From Stylophora pistillata (taxonomy: Eukaryota): a stretch of DNA of 64,000 nt. The DNA lies in assembly GCF_002571385.2 (NCBI RefSeq), contig NW_019218335.1, positions 121,148 through 185,147 on the forward strand, in the 5' to 3' direction. The translations under genes were made by a program, and so were the position numbers. Below are positions 38,816-50,625 of this stretch, in pieces. The notes beneath the pieces were generated by a model. That model searched no databases and was not told the DNA's origin. It saw only the letters and a program-made list of their open reading frames with translations. The stretch's first letter is position 1; every line of letters begins with the position of its first letter.

Positions 38816-40343
38816 TCACTTAGAACAGTGAATATTTCTTTCCCAACCGGAAATATTCTTATGCCTGGTAAAACAGAACTTTTTGCTTTTTGAGAACTGC
38901 TTCACGCAATGCTCCATGAGATATGATTCCACAGTCAACCCAACCAATCCTCCCGCAAATGCGCCCACAGAGTTACCGGCTGTTATCAGTCCCAGGGCAA
39001 ACTCTTTCTCCTCGGGCTCAACGTACCGCGCAACGGCATGAGGTGAGTGCACAGCTATCATGCCGTCGACCAAACCAAGAGTGAAACAAAGACAGACTAT
39101 TATCCAAATAAACGAGACAAAATGGTACCATGATTGGAACAAGAAGAAAATCAGTTGCGCTATTTCCAACANNNNNNAATAATAATAATAATAATAATAT
39201 CAGTAATGATTACAAACAAGTATAGTGCTACAAGCGTTATTACAAAGTGCGACAAGTCTTATTATGATAATAATAATATGTGATAATAATACGGTATTTA
39301 TATGGCGCTATTTCTATCACCATTCAATAGCGCTGTACAGTAGAGTTATAGATCACACCGATAAAATTTATAGAACGTAAAAATCTCTGAAATATGAGTA
39401 AAAGAAACTAACTAATAAGGTAATAATTTGAATATATCAACAAAGTTGAAATGGTAAATTGGCCACCGTTACGATTATAAAAGCTGACGTTTCGAGCGTT
39501 AGCCCTTCGTCGGAGCGAATGCCGAGAGGCTAACGCTCGAAACGTCAGCTTTTGCAATCGTAACGGTGGCCAATTTACCATTTCAACTTTGTCGATATAT
39601 TCAGATTATTACCTTATTAGTTAGTTTCTTTTACTCATATTTCAGAGATTTTTACGTTCTATAAATTTTATCGGTGTGATCTATAACTCTACTGTACAGC
39701 GCTATTGAATGGTGATAGAAATAGCGCCATCTAAATACCGTATTATTATCACATATTATTATTATCATAATAAGACTTGTCGCACTTTGTAATAACGCTT
39801 GTAGCACTATACTTGTTTGTAATCATTACTGATATTATTATTATTATTATTATTGTTATTGTTTCGCCCATCCCCTTAGAACAAAGTCTGAGAAGATTTC
39901 ACTTACTCGTGTAGTAAAGTGGAGAGATCAACGCAGCCGTACCAGTGCCAGCGACGAACGAACTGATGGAAATCTGAGGATAAAACGAAGCTAAAGCAAG
40001 GAATACCACTTCAGAAATTCCAGTTGCCATCGCGTTTAAAGCAATTCCCACAAGTTTAAGTCGTATGTCTTCCATGAAAACAACCAGAGCCATTCCAAGC
40101 GTCATACAAAGGACTATGGAGAACACTTTTAATAAGTACGAAATCCTCTCTACAAACCACGGCGCGATAATTTTCGTGGTCATCAAAGGTGTTACATAAC
40201 AGACCAGAATTGTAGCTGAGGGTAGATTCCGTCCGCTGAGAATATCCTGCGATGCTATAAACAGCATCTCTTGGTTGAAGAAGGTGATCACACCAAACGT
40301 GTAAAAGCAGAAATTGTCCATGATCCACCTTTTTTGTGTGTGT
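38816..40343 (-). CDS. CLN3/battenin-like paralog B, convergent with paralog A; middle missing at a gap
   Basis: Exon 40343-39907 (acceptor TTCCTAG; ends ISPLYYT, donor GTAAG at the same phase-1 position as paralog A) and a terminal exon fragment 39171-38816 (WYHFVSFIWI...HSPHAVARYVEPEEKEFALG...FCFTRHKNISGWERNIHCSK*). About 160 codons expected from paralog A are absent at the 6-N gap 39172-39177. Confidence 0.8.
39178..39854. repeat. Near-perfect palindrome: 327-bp arms, 23-nt loop, centred on a Penelope hammerhead motif
   Basis: 39178-39504 is the reverse complement of 39528-39854 with about 5 mismatches. Confidence 0.95.
39483..39516 (-). ncRNA. Minimal hammerhead ribozyme motif, identical to 6983-7016
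   Basis: Minus strand GCUCCGACGAAGGGCUAACGCUCGAAACGUCAGC, in sense orientation to the CLN3-like B pre-mRNA. Confidence 0.65.
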
Positions 40344-41817
40344 CTAGGAATCAATTAGTGCATTGGCATCGTTGGGGTCCGAGCAAATATAACGGTCGCA
40401 CATATCCAACGGACCGGCTACTATTTTCTCCTGTGGGAGGTGGTGGGTTTATGGAGGATTTTGATTGCGTCATGATAAAATTTATCTGATCCCCCTTAAG
40501 GCTCTGTAGTTTTTCAATGGTCCCCCCCTCCATTAACAGTTAATTTCCAGTCTATTTTCTATAGTGCTCTCTTTATATTCTATTAGCGACGACTAATTCC
40601 CCCTCAGTTACTCCTAAAAATCACGTGAGCCCCACAAACCTTCCACCCTCTCACCCAGTGCTATAATTAATCAATATAATGGTCCCTAAAACACCTGGTA
40701 CCTGTAATTGCCTGTTGTTGTAATTAGTACCCGCTGCCTGCCTTTGTCGCAATTTTGGCATAAAGCTGTCGGTAATTCTTGTTCGTATTAAGGTGAGAAA
40801 TTTTTCTGTTTTGGAAGCATTCAGGTTGAACCGCAGGATGCCACTTTACTGGACAGATTTATCAACTAATGTATGACTTTTCTCGGAGAAAAAAAATAAT
40901 TTATTAGTAAAGGTACCTGCCCCCCCATCCCTTAAGGTTCCAAAAAAACATTAAGTTGGAACCAAGAGCTCTATAGTTGGAGCATTCAGCTCTTAAACTG
41001 AGCCTATGTCATGGAATTTTCAGAGAATGGTTTATTTTGAGACTATCTTTTCCCGGGAAATAGGCCACTAGAGCTCACATAGTCACGAGTCAAGTTATAA
41101 CTACGCGCTATTGAATCGTGACTGGTCGAACGGCGTTTAGGGGGGGAATCCCATTTCGTGTAAATTCAAACTAAAAATAGTCTAACGTATGACGCACGAT
41201 CCTCGCAGTAGAGAGCGCTCCAACCAATCCTCCCNNNNNNNNNNNNNNNNNNNNNNNNNNNNNNNNNNNNNNNNNNNNNNNNNNNNNNNNNNNNNNNNNN
41301 NNNNNNNNNNNNNNNNNNNNNNNNNNNNNNNNNNNNNNNNNNNNNNNNNNNNNNNNNNNNNNNNNNNNNNNNNNNNNNNNNNNNNNNNNNNNNNNNNNNN
41401 NNNNNNNNNNNNNNNNNNNNNNNNNNNNNNNNNNNNNNNNNNNNNNNNNNNNNNNNNNNNNNNNNNNNNNNNNNNNNNNNNNNNNNNNNNNNNNNNNNNN
41501 NNNNNNNNNNNNNNNNNNNNNNNNNNNNNNNNNNNNNNNNNNNNNNNNNNNNNNNNNNNNNNNNNNNNNNNNNNNNNNNNNNNNNNNNNNNNNNCCAAGC
41601 AGTGGGCTCCTGTTGGATCGCAATGACCAGATTGGTCTGTAAAAAATTGTTGTATCTTTCTGTCAGAAATTCTGGTTTTTGTTGACATGTGTTGAGCTTC
41701 GGTAATAATATTCTGTACTATTTTGGATATGACCGACCAGGTCAAGCAACTCTGATAAATCAATTTTTTTCACGAAGGGAACTACAGCTGACTAATGCTT
41801 GTTGCATATAGCACAGA

Positions 41818-41887
41818 CAACCTCGTTCCCAAGTAATCTTCGAACTTTCTCGAGGCAGAAGGAGAGAGCACCATGGGAACGAGGTTG
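41818..41887. repeat. Tiny MITE with CAACCTCGTTCCCA termini
   Basis: CAACCTCGTTCCCA...TGGGAACGAGGTTG; a second copy lies at 55359-55423. Confidence 0.75.
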
Positions 41888-42226
41888 TAGCACAGGTAGC
41901 TCACATTCACACTTTTGACCACAGTACACCCAAACTCTCCATTGGAGGATATTATTGTGAAGCACTGTCTGGGAGTATAGGCTCCGCTCTGTAACTCCGT
42001 CCATAATGCAACAAACAAACTTTAACCTTCACACAGTCACTTTTGTGTTATTTTAGTCCACTGGTCGCGATTTCAAGCCATTTCGTCAAACATGAGCTGA
42101 GAACTCAACCCTCAACCCTAAACTCTCTGGTGGTGTATCTTAGCTGAGATTTCATCTTTCTTTTCACAGGACCTGGATATGAGTCAAATGTTTTCCAAAG
42201 GGCACCCCCAACAGTCATAATTCATG

Positions 42227-42663
42227 CGAGTTTGGTTAGCTCAAGCTGTAGAGCGCCGCTTTGCCGAGCGGGAGGTCATCGGTTTAAGCCCCAGACCGGA
42301 GCAACACACAGGGTCTTAAAATAACTGTGGAGAATGTGCTGCATTTGCTATGACATCTTCAAATAGTTAGACATTCTAGTCTTCTCGGACAAGGACGAAA
42401 AACCGTACGCCCCTTCTCCTGAAACTTCTTTGTACCGGTTAGCAGGGTACGTTAAAGAACCTTCGCGCTTATCGCAAAGAGTAAGGAATATAGTCCTGGT
42501 TTTGTGGTCTGGCTTTCATTCTGATATTGGGGGCATGTGCAAAAATATCCTTTCAAAATTCTAAACTGCTCGATACAGTCTGGCCAAAGTTCCCTGCAAA
42601 GTTTTGTAAAGTGCCATGAGCCATAGGATAGCACGCTAAAGAAATCCTTTATTCGCATTATTA
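42227..42663 (+). mobile_element. tRNA-derived SINE with a Nin/Deu-like central domain
   Basis: A box TAGCTCAAGCTG (about 42237) and degenerate B box GGTTTAAGCCCC (42281). The core CGGACAAGGACGAAAAACCGTA...GTTAAAGAACC...AAGAGTAAGG...GTGGTCTGGC resembles the Nin/Deu SINE domain (recalled similarity, not aligned). Short ATT tail. Confidence 0.7.
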
Positions 42664-45600
42664 CTCAGTTTTACACTACCACGTATTTTTTCTTTTGGAA
42701 AAATCTGCTTTTTGTCACCCTTTTCATTTTCTTTTCAAAGAGGAATATGGATGGAGTTTATTTGCTTTATTATAGTTAGGGAGTTACGGAGCGGAGCCTA
42801 CACCCCCATTCAAAGCTTTATAATATTATCCTCGCATGGAGAGCTTGTGCACCCAGCGTTATGAAAGCTAACTGTATGACCTTTGAAGAATGCATAACGA
42901 AACGGTTTGTCGTGTTGGAGTGGGAAACAGAAAATGTCACAAAGAAACACGTTTTCCCAGCTTTAAGTTACTAGAAAAAATTGGTGTCCGTCCTCCTTTC
43001 TTGGTGGATCCGTACCCATACTTTATCTTCAAAACGGCGTTATAGGCTAACCGCTGTTCCGAAACTGAGCCCACGCTTGTCTTTCGGATGATAAGCAGAG
43101 ACCGAAAACGAGCCTATCTCAATCTATAAATAACAACGTACATGTCAAGATTATTTTTCTTGGGAGGTTTCCTGAATGCGACATAACATAGTTATGTTAT
43201 CTATTGCAAATAAGGTATCTCACCTCACTTGTTGTGTTTGTCTTCACGTCTAAGAAAAAGTCTTTGTAATAGGAGCTTAGTAAAGAGTTTTCGGTCTGAT
43301 TAACATACGTGATGTGCAAACACAAACAAAGGTTTTCCTAAAGTGGTAGCGCAGTCGGTTGCGTTGATCTGCACGGGAATCTTCACAGGAAGTCGCTGCA
43401 AGTTTGCTTCCTCTGTGTTTGAGTGTGCGGTCAAGCTTCAGTGCTTTCCTAGACGACAAAAATTAAGGGACGAAGACAACACGGAGCCAAGTAAACGTAA
43501 TTATTGAGGTAAGTTTGTGACTAAATTGCATTCCATTTTCCAGCTTTACATGCATGTGCTCCCTACATTTGTTTTTCTCGATCTTTTTCCCTCCCCTCCT
43601 ACAATTTGTTTATCGATGAAATAATCGTTTTGTTTAATATATCTATATGGCTTCACTCAAGGCGTAATGAAAGCTAATCTGAAATATTTCACACTTACGA
43701 AATGAACTAATTTCACGATGCATATTAAGTGTCTACTGTGTCGTTGCATTATACAGCTTTCCAACAAGGTTTCGAGCTCTTTAGTATTGTATCTTGTAAA
43801 ACTTGAGTGGTTAAAAGAAAGCTTTCAAATAACTTAAGCACGGCGTGACATCTGTTTCAGTAAACGTGCAAATGCAATTAAATCCACGATCGATGAGACA
43901 TATAAAAACAGTACCTTTCCTTTGAGCGTTTATTTTATTAATACGCTAATTAATTTAAATTCGGCTAAAGCATTTGCTATCATTTTCGATGGGAAATAAA
44001 AATTTGGCTTCTTTAAACATAATGCCCACCAAAGTTAAAGAAACTAATCACCGCTACATCTATTTATTCAACTTGAGAAAGGAAGGATTGGTCGTATACC
44101 AATGTAATTACAAAATTCTCGGAATCATTTCACAACCATCGCCAAGACTATTGACTCTTGGATTTCACGAAATAACTTCACAGGCGACACGATTATATGA
44201 ATTGCAGCATAAAACAGATTACCTTTGCATCGAAGAACTTGGTCAATTTTTTTTACTACAAACGCACCAGGACTACAGTTTAGGAGGGATCGATTTTGAA
44301 AACGAGTTAATTAGTTTGAGCAGGGCAAGTGTTTACATGGTAAACAGAGCAACGAAAAGTGATCTTGCAAGAACGCTGCCGAGGCGTACCATTTCAATTG
44401 AGAAGGATGATTGGGCTGATAAAAAATTTATATTCCTCCGAAAGAACAATCGAAGGAAATTCCAAGCAAACCTTTATCACGAAAACATGCTTCACCACCC
44501 AGATTTGATTCAACTCATTTGAAAAGTTAATGTATTTTGGAGCGGTTACCTTTCCATTCTTGTCTGCGTTATTTTTTTATGATACCGCATCATGGATTAC
44601 GATATCTTGGATAACGGTATTTCTAGATACCGTCATTTGGAAGCGAAGGAAAGGAAAAGAAGAATGTAGTATTTTCCTTTCATCTTTTTTCGTTGCAGAA
44701 AACGAAACAAACAGACAAAATACGGACAACAAGCGTGACCTCCATGTGATCTATCTTGCGTAAACATTTTGTCATTGGACTTTGCCATGCTTCGGGGGGG
44801 GGGAGCTAGTTGGGTCAATTTTTGTCAGGTATGTGCCGCTGGCCTCCAGGAAGCCCTGGCCCATTATAGTCTCTTCTCGTCTCTTCTCACATTCTCACAT
44901 TAAAGTCGTCTAAATGCGAGCCCATCCAGCGGCACATCCCCAATAACCTATTACATTACCAGTAAGAGCCCTCCCCCCCCAGGGATCTTGGTGTAGTATG
45001 AGTAAAACAATGCACACTTACTAAACCCGGTGAAGACTTTTACTTGTTATGAATCATTAAAAATTTATAGCCATGTGATCGCCTGGTCCATCGAACAGAG
45101 TACGTTAGTTAATTTCTGCAAATCCTTGAATACTCTCACCTCACACGTGATTCGCTCGCCGAGCTATCAAAATCACAATTCGGAAACTCAACTGCAAATA
45201 ATGGAGGGGGGGGAAAGGGGGACATGAGAATGTCACTTGGGGGTGGTAATCGGGGATTTTGTTGTGTCGAGATAAAATTTTCCTGCTCCACGAAAAGACC
45301 TTCTCCCCAGTCTCCCCTCTCCCTTTGTCAAGTTCGCCTCTCCAACATTACGTTTCTGCATTTACGTTGATTAAACAAAGAGATTCCGTGTTGCCGTGGC
45401 AGTGTACCGTAATTTATCACAGATGTCAAAATGTGGTTAGTAGTGTCGTACTTGGCTGTGCCTCGTGAGTCACTATTTTGTCTAGCTTAATCACATATTG
45501 ACCTCCAAGGTTATTTAAAACCGAAAAGACGCTCGGCAACTTGGAATCTCTTTATTAATTTGACGTATAGGCAGTTTCCAGAAAGTCTCAGTTGTGTCAA

Positions 45601-47240
45601 TTGTTTGAATGTTTTGGTTCGCGTTTTGCTTTTTTTTTTTTTTTTGGTTATATTCTTAAATTTCCAAAAGTGCCGTTTTGTCCACAAGAACAGCTGAACG
45701 AGGGTCCCAATTTTACATCTAACGGTTGAAATTTTGGCCAATTTACAGCTAACAGTTAATTTTCTTTCCATTGTGGTCACCCGAAGAATATTTACGGTTA
45801 ATTTTTTTTATACAACTTTCGGTTAAAATGTCTCAATTTTTACGCCTATACCGGCATAAAAAGGTTTTCGCCGTTTTACTACCAACGGTTAACCACCTTA
45901 AGCCGGAGCCTTCTGAGCTTCAGGAAATTGTGTTTAAAATTAATTCCTGTAGTGCTCATTTGTATAATTTTTATCTGAATGCAGTAAGCTTTCTACGGAA
46001 AAGAAATTGGCGCAACTGAAAAGTGCTTCATGATTTTTTGAAAGACGCTTTTGGCTTTTTTGTGAACAGGATTGTCCTGAAAACCTTGTGTCCGTATTGG
46101 AAAATGGAAACGGAAAAACCGTTTCACAAGTTTTGCCGAAAGTCAGGTTAAAAAAGCACGCTTTGATTCGTATATTTTTAGACAGAAACTGCTGTGGCAG
46201 TTTCAGGTGTAGTTTTTTTTTTTCTTGTAGTTCTGCTTCAGCGGTTTTCTGAGGCATGTACACGTGTGTATATGCATGTTTGGGTTAATTTACCAGACGA
46301 ACAAAGGCGCTATTGCGTCAATCGCCAGACCATGCATTTTAATATACAGTTGAATCAGAAATTAGGTAACTTTTTTTCCCTTTCAAGGAAAATGAATGAT
46401 ATTTATGCTGAAGTGTTTTTTCGTTACAGATTGATTTTGAAGCTGGTGCGATCTAGTTGATGGTGTGGTTAACAAAGTATATTCGAGGTATGTGAACAGT
46501 AACTAACAGTCTCTACTGCACAAGTTGTTTCCCTTGCTGGCTGATGCGTAATATTGAAACGTATGCGGGTGTTTAATGATGCTAAGACAATCGTCGTAAC
46601 AGTTTCCTTATGATCGATGTGTAATATCGGATTTATAGCGTTGTGAAGAAGTTTTTATGAGCGGTGCTGTTTCCTCATATCATTGTGCGGAAACACTCAC
46701 GGAGTATTTTATTTAGCACACCTGTGATTTATCATTGAAATTATCCGACCGGCTGGTCATTTTAGTTTTGCAGAACCCAATGTTTCACTACTCAAACGCT
46801 ACAAGAGGAAGTCAATCAAAGCGAGCGTGTTTAGCAACAACATTCGAGCACAGACCTTTCAAGCAAAACACCACAGCAAATATTAAGATACTGACAAAAA
46901 GTCCAACTTCAACCCCTCCCCCCGAGAATCGTAGCTTGTAACACAGAAAGTTAATAATCTCCCCGCCATCACACCCAGAATTGAGTTTCGTTTGATAAGA
47001 AAGCAAGATACAAATGACCTAAAGTGTACATCATCAACCATCGGTTTCATGAAAACTCTCAGGTGGTGTTGTATCCTTAACAAAACAAATCATTTGATGG
47101 CTAAATCTCGCGTGAAAGCGATGTCAGTCATGCATTGTTTGTAAACTGCTGATGCAGTCCGGCCAAAGTCCCCCGAAAAGTGTTGTGATGATGTGCATTT
47201 GATCACATCCACATGTTAATTTGCGCAAGATAAATGTTAA

Positions 47241-47273
<33 letters not shown>

Positions 47274-48308
47274 ATATATCATCCTGTCTTCATGATTGAT
47301 AAGGCTACCACCGGCTAAATTTTTTTTCCTCAAAAGTAACGGAGGGCACGTTTTAATGATCGTATGTTGGTATTTTGCTGGTGGCATAATCTCATTCAGT
47401 TGTTTTCATTTTTCTTCAGCGTTTCTCTGTCTTAGTCACGTGTCACCTTAAGGGTATTATGCTACTCTGACGTAACGTGGGAGTGCTTCCGATGATTTGA
47501 CGTATCCTGTCCTTTTCGTACCCGTTTTTCTGGCCTCTTTAATCCGTTTCGGTGTTAAATATAGCTTTTCCTGTGTTGTTGACGTCTTACTAGTTCTTTA
47601 CTTGTGTCTTCTAAAATAGTGTTTTCTGTGTTTCATTTGCTAGTTTTGGTGTTTGGGGTGTTTTCGGAGCGCTCCCTTTCTAATCTTATACACCTGACCT
47701 TCCATTTCCGGTGATTCGGTGTCCTGATTTTATCGGTGTTACGAATCCAATTTAAGTCTTGAAGTATCGTGACTTCCTATTCCGACTCGAACAGTATCTG
47801 TGTATGTATGTTATTTCGAGTTCAATTTCGTAGTTTCGAACCCCAGCGGATTTGTCTTGGATCGATTCATTTATTGTTGTGGAGTTTAATTTCGCTTTCG
47901 CATCTCACTGCGTCTTCCTGCTTCGTGTGTTATTACGCTAGAACGCTTTTTAATTGTTCATTTCCATGTGTATTTCATTGTTCTTGCCGTTCCAATATCC
48001 TTTTCTGTCTCGACTTCCTGTTTCTGCTTTCGCTGTTTTGCTAAAAATCCCCCAGTGTGGAGGTGAAGGGGAAAAGAAGAGGGGAGGGGAGATAGAGGTT
48101 TGAACTGACCAAGTTATAAACAACGTTTTCTGTTTTAATAGTTGTCTATTCCTTCCTGTCCAAATATTACTCAAACTCAACACACGTTAGGACTCGGTTG
48201 GTGTCAACAAACTATAAATTTTCCGCAGTCCTGGAAAAAAATATTATAATCTTAGTCACAAGCCGGTTTCAGTTGGTTGAAGAGCTTACACCGGAAATGT
48301 TAAAAGCA

Positions 48309-48770
48309 TTATATATATATATGTATATATATGTATGTAACCAAAATAGCGGAATGAGATCATCATCTACTAAAAAGTGCTCGATAGCAGGGCTTGAGCT
48401 GTGGATAATTATACTTCAAGATCTAGGCTACTTGAACTTTTGCTGCAACTCTGCAAGAGGCACGAAACTCAGAGTTGCAGTAAAAGTTCAAGTAGCTTAG
48501 ATCTTGAAGTATAATTATATAGATATATATGTATGTAGAAAGTTTAAAAAATTTAAAAAATTGCGAGGATGGACCGAAACGTTTTTTATTAAATTTTTTT
48601 ATATTTTTTACGTCAGAAGTTGCCTATTCTCGCAATTTTTTAAACTTTCTACGTTCGTGTTGGCTGTGAGGTTTGGACTTCGAATCTTTATTGATCCTCC
48701 TGGCGCGGTGCACCTTTGTTGGCCTGAGAGTTCCATTAACGACTATATATATATATGTATGTATATAGAT
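48309..48770. repeat. Composite repeat: two hairpins separated and flanked by TA-rich microsatellites
   Basis: Hairpins at 48405-48518 (arms of about 50 bp) and 48535-48652; (TA/TG)n tracts at about 48309, 48515 and 48745. Confidence 0.75.
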
Positions 48771-50625
48771 ATAATACTATTTATTAAAAAAAACCTACAA
48801 TGATAATGTCATTTTATTTTGAAACCTTCGTCGCAGCGGCTTAAAGCACAGTTTAATTTCGCCGGTTAAAAGTTGTCAAATGAACAAATAAATTCCATTC
48901 ATTGCCGTGTTTCTGTTTAGCAATCGATCACAGATGACGTCAAAGTGCGGCAGGAACAAAAAATACGTCAAAAGATCGATGCTGGAGATTTTTCTTGGGC
49001 CCACGCTGGCAACAGATTTTTTTAAGACCCCTTCAGCTTCGACATCTTTGATTTTTCAGGCATCTGGTGCATAATCTGAAATTGTTATTTCGGCACACGT
49101 GTTGTTAAGCTCTAGAACCAGGTTCCGAACGAAATAACGGTACCAATGGTCTTTTTAATGCAAAGAATTTGATGATTCCTAATGCGTTCAATAATCGTTG
49201 GGTAAGAAAAAGACCAGCAGCAAAGATGTGAACACTATCTGCTGTGCATGTGCTTGTAAATTGGTGTAGAGAATTTGTGTACGGAAATACCCTCTAGCCA
49301 TTAAGTGTGACTCGTCTAGTTCCCATTTTGATTAACAATTTGGAGTTTTTGGGAGAAATGTCGATCACCTCTGATCTCTTTCAGTAGTATCTTAGTATGC
49401 TTCTCATATTTTTTCTCTCTTTCTTAAAACTTTGTTTCATTTTGATTCCTTTCTTACGCTTTTATTAAGCGCGTACGACACGAGCTAAATCGTGCTTGTC
49501 AATTAACGAGGCCATAGTTGCCATGTGCAAACTGAACGATTTTTTTGGGAAAATTGTGTCTACCTTATTTTTTCTAACTGATATTTTAAAATGTTACAGC
49601 GTGTAAGACTTTTTTCAAAGTATGTCAAATTAAGATTTTAATACCCCAGGGCTTGCCCATTTTTTTCTGTTTCGAATCAACTTAAACATCTCGTCCTCTT
49701 TACTTCTAACGATACGAGCACTTTGTCACTACAGTTATCACTGTCGCTTGACAAACTTCTCATCCTATACAAACAAATGTCGGATTAGAACGTAGGTTAC
49801 TCAGCTGCTAGAGCAAATTTTGATCTGTTTCTTTCTCCTCAGTACCGCTTTGTGAAAAACTGAGAGGTTTTTAAAGTGAAAGCAAAACTGTTTAGGCACA
49901 TAATTCGATTAAAAATTTTTTTCAACTAGTAATTGTTTCTTCTCAAACTAATTTTTTTCAGAGGTATTTACTGTGTACGGTAAATATCTTCTTGGGTAAT
50001 CAGATTTTAATTAAAAAGGTTTTTAGTTATCATAGCTGCGTATTAAAACAATGGAACCGAGTGGATGTAAATTAAATTCATTAAAAACTAACACCATTTA
50101 CAACTGCCTTTGTTTCCAGCCAATGGAACACGAATGAGATTCCCGATTGACAGACCAAATTAAAAACCTTTTTAGAGCTAACCTAATTTGACGGACACAA
50201 ATTGGATGTCACTTGAAACCCATTTTTCGATCCCGCTGTATGTTAAATAGTAGTCTTAAAGTGCATTACACGTTCACTAATCCTTTTTTGAAACCACATG
50301 AGCTAAGTGCAATATTTAAGCTCGTATCAGCATGATCATGATGAAGTAGTCACCTGTGTGTTTGCACTTGTCTTGGGCGATACAACATTATTTGAAGCGA
50401 GAGATTGCCTTACAAAGGTAAACCATTCAAAATGCACAAAACGGGTTTTATCGATGTAATTTCCTGTTCGTTTCAGTGATTGACACGGTCTTAGCATAAA
50501 CATTTGACACTTTCGGCCATTGCCGTTCACAAATTTGCGGTGACATCTCGAGATCAGCTTGAGGGATATACAGTCACTCCGAGAAACTTTCACTGATTAT
50601 CACATTTCTCAATACTTCTCCACAG

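Noticed and set aside
41792-42004. First coding exon of CLN3-like B (MDGVTERSLYSQ...)
   Set aside because: The best donor is phase 1 while the downstream acceptor needs phase 2. There is no similarity to paralog A, and a gap intervenes.
42234-42300. Possible tRNA gene
   Set aside because: The B box is degenerate, there is no acceptor stem or poly-T terminator, and it continues into a SINE core.
48445-48476. Hammerhead in the loop CTGCAAGAGGCACGAAACTCAGAG
   Set aside because: The core deviates from CUGANGA, and stem I/NUH geometry does not fit.
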